Under the pieces are notes generated by a model, which saw only the letters and a list, made by a program, of their open reading frames with translations, had not been told where the DNA came from and made no database searches. Both the position numbers and the translations under genes were made by a program. 64,000 bases of DNA from positions 69,502,001 to 69,566,000 of the forward strand of contig OX597826.1 in NCBI GenBank assembly GCA_951406725.2. The letters are read 5' to 3'. Source of the stretch: Octopus vulgaris (taxonomy: Eukaryota). This document shows positions 54,770 through 64,000 of this stretch, in pieces (positions within the stretch are counted from its first letter, which is position 1; each line of letters opens with the position of its first letter).

Positions 54770-55807
54770 CCTATGTATATACAGACATCTGGGTGTACAT
54801 ACATGGAGTAAATACAACGAACAATGTCTTTACAAGAGAAACCTTTTCAATAAATAAGGCATTAGCAAAACACTTGGATGGAAAGAGAAAGTGCCTGAAC
54901 GTTTCGGACATTAGTACTTCAACAGATGTGAATAATGGATAGTGTGTGAAAGAGAAATAGTCAGTGAAAGAGAAATAGTGGAAGTAAAATGAAAACAGGA
55001 GAAACTTATAAGAGACTACTACCTATATGCAAAAATTGGAGTTTCTCCGTATCTAGAAGAGAGCAAGGGGGAGAGTGGCATGTACGTGTTACTGTGTGTT
55101 GCATGTGTGTCCTTTTGCTGTGTAGGTGCAGAAATATGGAAGTGTAGAAGTATAGTAGCATAGGTTAGTGAGGGAGGAGGGTGTTTGTGTGCGTGTGTGT
55201 GTGTGTGTGTGTGTATGTGTGTGTGTGTGTGTAATTGTCAGTTGTTTTGGGTATATGTGTGTATATAAGGAGGCAAGAGTAGGCGCGAGTACAAGGGGGA
55301 AATGTTAATGGTGAAGAATGGGCTGTCAAGTGCGTTGCCGGCTGTGTGATTGTTGTTTATGCCAGTGTATAACAATGTTATGTAAGACTGCGACAACTTT
55401 TAACAAGGAAGTAGAGATTAAAATGAGAGTAAAAATACAGAAAGCAAAAAATTCTGAGAAGGGAGGGAATGTCAAAGAAATTGGGAAAATATCATTTGAC
55501 GCTCGTAAAAATCTGAAGACTTTGATGGGGTGTTGCAAAAAAGCAGTAAGAAATTAGTAAAATCGATTGAGAAGAGACAACTGTGAAGAGAAGCTGGTGA
55601 TGTCCGTCGTGGAGAGAAAGTCTTGTCGAACAGGTTTAAAGCCAGAATGCATGTTTTTTTTTTGTTTTTTTTTCTTGATGATTTACTTAAGTGAAGATTA
55701 CGGCGTGTAAGTTCAAATCATTTGAGCGTAACTAAGTGTTTTCTGTATCGAGATTCTCTCGATCTCATCTGTTGAGTACAAACACATACACAAACATACA
55801 CACATTC

Positions 55808-55900
<93 letters not shown>

Positions 55901-56071
55901 CACACACACACATATGCATGGAAAGATAGACAGACAGAGAATCGCTCAGACAGACAGATTGATAGATAGGTAGGTAGGTAGGTAGGTAGGTAGATGGATA
56001 GACAGACAGACAGACATATAGATAGATAGATAGATACATACATACATACATACATACATACATGCATAGAC

Positions 56072-56152
<81 letters not shown>

Positions 56153-56187
56153 CATACATACATACATACATACATACATGCATAGAC

Positions 56188-56241
<54 letters not shown>

Positions 56242-56975
56242 ACAGACAGACAGACAGTTTTGTGAATGTCAATACGCAGGCAAATACATTGACTCACACT
56301 TTCATACAGACACTGACATATGTATATATGTATATATATATGTGTGTCTGTGTGTGAAAGAGAGAGAGAAAGAAAGAAGGAGGGAAACAGATAGACAGAG
56401 AGAAACTAAAAGAGAAAGAGACAGCCACACAGACAGATTGGACATACAGACAGACAGACAGACAAACAGACATTGAGAGACTAAACTGTAGTTTGCTTTG
56501 AACATAGCAAGATGCATGCAAAAACAGTGAATCAGAAAACAAAGGCAATGCTTTGGGGGAAACATTAAAGAAAAGTACAAAGATGAAGCTTTTACTTCAA
56601 AACATTCAATAATCCGATAATTCGGTTGCAAATAGTATTTTTCGAGGAAACTTTATGACAGAGAATGTGTCGTGGTTCGTAGCTGTTTCCTGAAATTGGT
56701 AAGAGATGACAGAGAATTAGGTAACGAAGAGTTAATACAAATAGAATTGTGCATTGACTAAGAAAACAGTGGCTATAACACATAGGATATATGAGAAAGC
56801 GTGTATTTATCAGGGTTGTTTGTGTAAATGAACGAGAAAGTGTAATGTTTAACGTTATGTAAACAATTGATCAAACGGAGTGTGTAAGAAGAAAGGTCTT
56901 TGAGGAGAGAAATAGCCGTTTTAAAATTTGCAGATGGTTTGAAGAAGGTAATGAAAAGCGTGTAACTTTTAAGTA

Positions 56976-57229
56976 CCGTAAATCCTCGGGTATAATACGC
57001 ATTTTTTCCCCAAAATTTAAAGGTCAAAATCCCTTGTGCTTACTATATACGAGGTTAAAAATGAAAATTATTTTCTAAGCAATGTCCGAGTCTCTATTTG
57101 CTGTCCGGCAGTGTTTATTCAGAGGAGGGGTGCGTATTATAAACAAGGTTTAGGATTTTCAGAGGTACAGCTCCCTAAAAATCCCCTGTATATTATACTC
57201 AAGTGCGGACTATACTCGAGGATTTACGG
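56976..57229. mobile_element. Internally deleted copy of the 14399-14905 Tc1/mariner-type element
   Basis: TA TSD; TIR CCGTAAATCCTCGGGTATAATACGC / GCGGACTATACTCGAGGATTTACGG; both ends align, about 250 bp of the middle is missing. Confidence 0.88.
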
Positions 57230-57254
57230 TAATATAATGGTTTCAACTTTTTGT

Positions 57255-57555
57255 TAAGGCCCAGCAGTTTTTTAGGGAAGGGAGAAGTTGATAACATCAA
57301 CTCCAGTGCTTAACTGGTACTTTATTTCATCGTTCCCTGAAAGAATGAAAGGCAAAGTCGACCCCTTCGGAATTAGAACTTGGAACATAAAGAAGGATGA
57401 AATGCCGCTAAGCATTTTGCTCTCCGCCTTCACCTGTCAGTCGCCCTAATAATCCTGTCTGCCATAGGCACAAGGCCTGGAATTTGTGAGGAGCGGGGTT
57501 ATTCGATTACAAAGATCCCAGCGCTTCATCTATAAATGACATTATTTTATCGTCC
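57255..57555 (-). mobile_element. Two old SINE A (tail 2) remnants in tandem
   Basis: GAATGAAAGGCAAAGTCGACC core at about 57342-57362; tail-2 motif at 57255 and 57447. Confidence 0.7.
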
Positions 57556-57984
57556 GCTGTTCACCGCCTTCATCCACTGGTTGTTGTATCTGGGGAGAGT
57601 CGTTCTCTTTCAGTGCCTTGTTATTTGACACACCCACTTGTTCGATTTCCACTCATTTAATTATTCTTTTCTAAAATTTTCGTTGCGTCTTGCAACCTTT
57701 TCAATAGGCGTTGACTCAGTCCGTTACCAGAGCTGCATTCTCTTTCTTTGTGTGTTTGTGCACATGGGCATGCGTCAGTGTGTATGTGTATACACATATG
57801 TATGCATATATGCATGTATGTTTGCATGTATGTATGTGTGTGCATGCATTTATGTGTATGCATATGTATGTGTATACTTGTGTGTACGTTTGTATGAATG
57901 TATTCCGCATATTCATGTGTTTGTGTGGTCATGCTTGTGTGTTTGTATATGTGTGTGTGTGTGTGTTTGTTAGTTATTCTCACA

Positions 57985-58041
57985 GCCTAGAATCGAACTC
58001 GGAATCTTGGGGTTAGTAGCCCGTGCTCTTAACCACTACGC
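57985..58041 (-). pseudogene. tRNA-derived fragment (SINE head or tRNA pseudogene)
   Basis: Minus GCGTAGTGGTTAAGAGC (A box/D arm) and CCGAGTTCGATTCTAGG (B box/T arm); acceptor stem missing, anticodon stem imperfect. Confidence 0.65.
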
Positions 58042-58185
58042 TGGAGGATATATCAGCCAAAACGTTGTGCTAACAACAAGATGGGGACAAATATCCGTCA
58101 AATGTAAATAATGTAAATAATGTACATAATTCCTTATCTCTCAACACACAATTATACTATGAAATATACTAAACGTTTTTATATG

Positions 58186-58284
58186 GCTTACGGCCATATC
58201 ACGTCCGATCACCGAAGTTAAGCAACGTCGTGCCTAGTGAGTACTTAGATGGATGACTGCTGAGGAAACTTGGGTGCAGTAAGC
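58186..58284 (+). pseudogene. 5S rRNA-derived sequence with an internal deletion of about 20 nt
   Basis: GCTTACGGCCATATCACG/TCCGATCACCGAAGTTAAGCAACGTCG..AGTACTTAGATGGATGAC..GGGTGCAGTAAGC follows the metazoan 5S sequence; box A/IE/C region retained. Confidence 0.9.
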
Positions 58285-58780
58285 CTCACACACTAAACGG
58301 CGGTGCATCAGCATGGCCGCAGATCTGAGCTGAAACTACAGAAAAAAGTCATTACTAACGTGCCACTGTGTCAGCAGTTCTTGTTACATTATTGTTTCTA
58401 AAGATATTCTATAGAAACTGTCGCCAGTACTGAATTTTGCTACAACATATCCTATTCAGACGTCAGATGAAAACACGCAATGAGATCGGTTACAAAAGTG
58501 GGTAATGAGTGTATATGCAATATTTCGGATATTGTTGACCTTTCATAAGCGCCCAACTAACCTTTTCCTGTCTCCGAGCATATTGCTTATATTGCCACCG
58601 CATACAGCGGTATTAACTTATTGGATATATCGATTTACATATTAGACACATTCCTAGAACTGGTATGTAAACATTAAAGGTTTGTAGGTACGTGGTAGTT
58701 CGTTATGCAAACACAATATACTATGAAATATACTAAATCTTTTTATAAGTCACTACGTTCTACTGCGTCGGCAGTGCTTG

Positions 58781-58980
58781 TTTACATCTGACGTCTCCAT
58801 ACGAAACGTTGTTACATCTGACGTCTCCAGACGAAACGTTGTTACATCTGACGTCTGCATACGAAACATTGTTACATCTGACGTCTCCATACGAAACGAT
58901 GTTACATCTGGCGTCTCCACACGAAACGTTGTTACATCCGATGTCTCCATACGAAATGTTGTTACATCTGACGTCTCCAG
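58781..58980. repeat. 30-bp minisatellite, about 6.7 units
   Basis: Unit GTTACATCTGACGTCTCCATACGAAACGTT with 1-3 changes per unit. Confidence 0.97.
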
Positions 58981-59649
58981 ATGTCTTTAGGATATCTGTA
59001 CAAACAACCTTAATAATATTCTTTTCTACTCTAGGCACAAGGTCTGAAAATTGGTGGAGGGATCCAGTCGATTAGGTCGACTCCAGTACGCAACTTGTAC
59101 TTAATTTATCGACCCCGAAAGGATAATAATGTCATTAATAGTTGTTTGTGTGTATATGTGTGCACATGCGTTCAGATGTATGTATCCATATATATGTGTG
59201 TATGTATGCATATATGTGTATATGTGTGTGTGTATTTGTGTGTATGTCTGTGTGTGTGTGAGAAAGAAAGAGAGAAAGAGACAGGGAAAGTATTTTTATG
59301 TGTGTATGCATGATCTTTGAGTTTAATTTAAGTTATTGGGAGAGTCCAAGCCGGTTGCTAACAAAGCGATAAGACTTAAAGAGTTAAGAGTAAGAGAGTT
59401 ACCGATGTTTGCATGTATGTGATTGAGTTGGTGTGTTGATTGAACTGTCGATGCATACCTCCAAGTGTTCACATAAGAATCTCAATGCAAACTTTCTGGT
59501 ATGTCTTACAAATTCTACATTGTGCCACTAATAGATTGGATTTGGCGATTCTGTCTCAGTTTCTGTGAAACTAATTATTTCAAGATTTCTGTGCAAATCT
59601 GTTGGTACATAGCTTAATACACCGATGGGAATACATAGTCAGGGTACCA

Positions 59650-60662
59650 CAGCTAAATGTTCCGCATTAATTCGCCATAAAGTATTACGGTTAAAACAAG
59701 ACATCCCGAATTATTGCTTACGTAAGATGAACAGATATTAGAATGAGGAACGGCTATAAAATCCCTTCTTAGACGAGCTCTTAAATCTTCATCCTCTAGA
59801 AGAGCTTTAAATAAGGAAATCTTACGTTTAAATCATGACTTAAGAACGGATACCCAAATAGATTAGTATCATAAAACAACACAAGAACGCGTTCGTTCAC
59901 AATGATGGAAAGAGATCCAGTAGCTAATAAAGAGTCACAAATCACATGTGTCGTATACAACGAAACCAAACGCAAATTGGTTAGAGACTGGATGCTGGCA
60001 TAATTGAAAATACCAATGTACAACTCAAGTAATCACATCTAACTACAAACTCTACTTAGAATTTGTTACAAAAGCACCATAATGAGATCCTATTTATCAA
60101 CCAAAAATCACAAACTAGCAAACCATAGATCATACTGCTACTAATATAATACGCATATTTCACGGTAAACATGAAGGCTGTATCATCAACTACAAGAAGT
60201 GGGCAAACAAGTACGACACGTTCTCGTCAGCTGATCATGCATTTGAAGCCAGACGCCATTGCATAGAGGGCAAGAAATATTAGACAGAAAACGCATAAAC
60301 ACACCAATATACTACACGGGAAAAAAAATCCCCTTCAAATTTATAATAAAGCAACCACTGTGTAATTCTGAAATTTGGGATTTATATTATTTTATTTTAT
60401 TTATTTATTTTTATTTCATTTTTTTCAGATATACTCTTTTACTCTTTTATTGTTTCAGTCATTTGACTGTGGCCATGCTGGAGCACCGCCTTTAGTTGAG
60501 CAAAGCGACCCTAGGACTTATTCTTCGTAAGCCTGTTACTTATTCTATCGGTGTCTTTCGCCGAACTGCTAAGTTACGGGGACGTAAACACACCAGCATT
60601 GGTTGTCATGCGATATTGGGGGGACAAACACAGACACACAAACATATACACACGCACGCATA

Positions 60663-60718
<56 letters not shown>

Positions 60719-60938
60719 CGACGGGCTTCTTTCAGTTCCGTCTACCAAATCCACTCACAAGGTTTTGGTCGGCCCGAGGCTATAGTAGAAGACACTTACC
60801 CAAGATGCCACGCAGTGGGACTGAACCAGGAAGCATGTGGTTGACAAGCAAGCTACTTACCACACAGCCACAGCCACATACATACACACATATAGATATA
60901 TGTATATTGATATTTGTATATTGAAATATATGTATATA

Positions 60939-61015
<77 letters not shown>

Positions 61016-61290
61016 CCCCTGCCATAGCTTCACAACCGATATAACAATATTCCCATGATATTCTGTTTCCTACTGCAAAGCGCGCGATCAACACAATATT
61101 ATTACTATCATAACATCCTGATGATGAGGCTGATAAGGTTCTGAAACATTCTTAGATACAGAAATACCTTTGCTCCAAACTAAATATAAAATATTTATAT
61201 AACATTCTGAACAAAATCATTAAATTTGAATATCGTTGCGGTTAATACAAAACTTATGAAAGGAATACTTTTCTCTGTTTAAACTTATAT
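59650..61290 (+). mobile_element. Decayed Penelope-like element (RT thumb, GIY-YIG endonuclease, 3' end), interrupted by SINE B
   Basis: KSLLRRALKSSSS..LNKEILRL..KNGYPNRLV; TNIIRIF..GC..GQTSTTRSRQLIMHL; degenerate CTGATGA..GAAAC at about 61118-61147. Confidence 0.72.
60433..60871 (-). mobile_element. SINE B, near full length
   Basis: Reverse complement of SINE B with an internal (CA)n(TA)n tract. Confidence 0.92.
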
Positions 61291-61417
61291 ATGTGCGTGT
61301 GTACCTGTCAATATATATATGTATACAAGTATATACGTGAATATACATATGCTAGTGTGTGCGCGCATGTGTGCCTGCGTGTGTGTAAAACTATATATGT
61401 ATGTTTGTGTGCATGCT

Positions 61418-61460
<43 letters not shown>

Positions 61461-61554
61461 TGAATGTATACACTAACAGCCGTACTTTACACATCTATTC
61501 GTATACGTTTATAATAGTAAAAACTTATATAAGCGAACGCACCTAAGTACTTAC

Positions 61555-61629
61555 ACATGCATACGCACTTCCTCACACACACACACACACGCACAAACAC
61601 ACCGATGCACACACGCACACAAACACACA

Positions 61630-61682
<53 letters not shown>

Positions 61683-62110
61683 ATACACAAACACACACAA
61701 ACACACACGCGCGCACACACGCACAAACACACACTCATACACACACATGCATACGCACACAAACACACACTCATACACACACACATACACATGCACACAT
61801 TCACTTACACACATACGCACTTCCACACACACACGCATTCACACGCGCTACACACACACTCATACACACACATACACACACTCATACAAACACACACAAA
61901 CACACACGCATTCACACACACACATACACACACGCACTTCCACACACACACACAACACACGCATTCACACACTCACACATACACACACGCACTTCCACAC
62001 ACACACAACACACGCATTCACACACTCACACACACACATACGCACTTCCACACACACACACACACACATACACACACACGCACTCACACACACACTCACA
62101 CACACACACA
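61555..62110. repeat. (CA)-rich array with a higher-order unit CGCACTTCCACACAC..ACGCATTCACAC repeated about 4 times
   Basis: Directly visible at about 61815-62050. Confidence 0.85.
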
Positions 62111-62269
62111 ACCGATGCCTTTACGTTTGACCTTTACGTTTCCCTGCCATACAACGAAGTGGTGGCAATTCACGTCCATATTCGCCATTTCTATTCTTAT
62201 GTTGATCCCATTCATTCATAAGATCTGCTTTGCTCTTACTGTAGACGGCAGTGGCGGCGCTGACAAGAG

Positions 62270-63094
62270 CGGTAGTGGTGGTGGTGGTGGTGGTGGTGCT
62301 CGGGTTGATGGTGGAGCCGGAGATAGTGTATGTGGGGGGGAGGGGGAGGAACTATGGGGAATGTAAAAGAGTTGGTGATGATGCTGGTGATTGTTTCCTT
62401 ACTGCTGCTGCTGTTGCTGCTGTTGTTGTTAGTGGTGTTGTTGGTGGTGGTGGTGGTGGTGGTGGTGGTGGTGGTGGTTGTGATGGTGGTGGTGGCGGTG
62501 GTGGTGGCGGCAATAATAGTGGTGATGATGGTGGTGATGATGATGATAATAGTCGTGGTGGTGGTGGTCTTGGTGGCGATAATAGTGGTGGTAGTAGTAG
62601 TGGTGGTGGTGGCTATAATAGTGGTGGTGGTGGTGGTCGTCGTCGTCGTCGTGGTTGTGGTAGTGGTGGTGGGTAGTGGTGGTGGTGGTAGTGGTGGTGG
62701 TGGTGGTGGTGGTGGTGGTGGTGGTGGTGGTGGTGGTGGTGGTGGTGGTAGTGGTGGTGGTGGTGGTGGTGGTGGTGGTGGTGGTGGTGTTGGTGGTGGT
62801 GGTGGTGGTGGTGGTGGTGGTGGTGGTGGTGGTGGTGGTGGTGGTGGTGGTGGTGGTGGTGGTGGTTGCAGTGGTAGGGGCGGCGGAAGTAACGGAGACG
62901 ATGATTCTATTAGTGCTATTGGACTTACTGCTATCGTTGGTGTTGTTGCTGTTGTTGTTGATGGTGGTCGTCGTGTTGGTCGTGATCCTGGCAGCGGTGG
63001 TGGTTGCCGTGGTAGGAACGGTCGAAGTTAACACAGACGGTGATATTGTTGGTGACGCTAAACACACAGTTATCGCTGTTGTTGTCGTTGTTGC

Positions 63095-63125
<31 letters not shown>

Positions 63126-63155
63126 GGTGCTGCTGCTGCTGCTGCTGCTGCTGCG
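62270..63155 (+). repeat. (GGT)n-rich low-complexity island
   Basis: Directly visible; long nearly pure GGT run at 62675-62865. Confidence 0.95.
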
Positions 63156-63379
63156 CCGTTCAGTCGCTGACACACTACAGATTCTCATGTTAGAGAGACA
63201 CCGAAATATTTACTCACACATCTAGGACACTGTTCCTGTTGCATGTCTACAGCTTTTATACATACATACATATAGTTATGTATACTGATATTTGTATATA
63301 TACATATATATATATATGTATATATTTGTGTGTGTGTGTGTTTGCCCCGTCATCGCTTGACAACCGATGCTGGCGTATT

Positions 63380-64000
63380 ATATGATCGAACACCACGCAT
63401 CTATTTCCAAGTAAGTTTTATCCCAATAATTCTGATGCGCACTCCACAACTATCTCTGTTCTCCCTTTATTCCTCTAATATTATTCTTTCTCTCTATTTT
63501 TCTTCTCCTCCCCACTTCACCGTTCTCTTTCTCTCCCTTACTCTCCCTCACTCTTCCTCCTTAACTCTCTCGTTGCTCACACGTGACCAGCGGCTATCGT
63601 TCTTTCTACCTGTTGCTTTACAAGAGGCAAGGCCTACTTTTGTATGTCTCTTGCCAAAGCTCCTTTCTCCAGCGTTCACCACTTTACCTCGTTATGACTT
63701 AACAGCCCTTACCGTTTTATTTTTATATTGTTCTTACTGTCCTGTTTGTGTTACCACTTTAATCTTCCCCAAAATCCCAAATTTTATTTAATTTGCTTTG
63801 GAGGAACGACTGTTTTAACGAACCCATGTCTTGCCCCAACGTTCGAAACACGGAGTAAATAGAACAGGGGACAACTGATGAAGGGATTGTTTTTTGTTTC
63901 CTGTTTCGTTTCTCTGTTTGTTTCTTTCTTTTTTCAAAAAAAAGTTCGTTTTCCATGTTTTTGTTTTTATGTTCTAGTTTTTCATTTTGTTAACGGTTTT
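63380..64000 (+). mobile_element. Probable Penelope-like 3' terminal region, running off the window end
   Basis: Pyrimidine-rich UTR-like sequence; CGAAAC..GTA and CTGATGAAGGG words; homology to 12290-12500. Confidence 0.45.

Noticed and set aside
57985-58041. Functional tRNA gene
   Set aside because: No acceptor stem and a defective anticodon stem
58186-58284. Functional 5S rRNA gene
   Set aside because: Internal deletion of about 20 nt, several substitutions and no oligo-T terminator
58781-58980. CRISPR-like regular array and the METSDVTTFR repeat ORF
   Set aside because: Units are contiguous with no unique spacers, the context is eukaryotic and there are no cas genes; the ORF exists only because 30 is a multiple of 3
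62429-63175. Mucin-like Thr-rich CDS on the minus strand (also 37962-38483 and 27237-27857)
   Set aside because: Frames drift between Thr, His and Pro through single indels; no signal peptide, cysteine domains or consistent splice sites

Overview
Eukaryotic, AT-rich, very microsatellite-dense non-coding DNA. The SINE families and repeat landscape look like an Octopus (cephalopod) genome; this is an inference from recognition, not a database result. I find no intact host protein-coding gene, and nearly all ORF-track entries are translations of (TA)n, (CA)n, (TATG)n, (GATA)n, (AAT)n and (GGT)n tracts. The interpretable content is a layered set of mobile elements. (1) Several tRNA-derived SINE families, called A-D here, with swappable 3' tails. 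(2) Decayed non-LTR retrotransposons: HERO-like and R4/Dong-like restriction-like-endonuclease (RLE) elements in (AAT)n, a Tx1/L1-like ORF1 with a CCHC knuckle plus an ORF2 C-terminus, RTE-like UTR remnants, and Penelope-like RT/GIY-YIG remnants. (3) Tc1/mariner- and Merlin-like MITEs and Helitron ends. The most interesting signals are a near-intact minimal type I hammerhead ribozyme (19660-19704, minus), a back-to-back hammerhead pair (32040-32134), a 5S-rRNA head fused to a SINE/LINE 3' tail (candidate SINE3, 58186-58348), a perfect 148-bp palindrome around an (AT)n tract, and recurrent SINE self-nesting. Coordinates were read by eye; ends of decayed elements are approximate.
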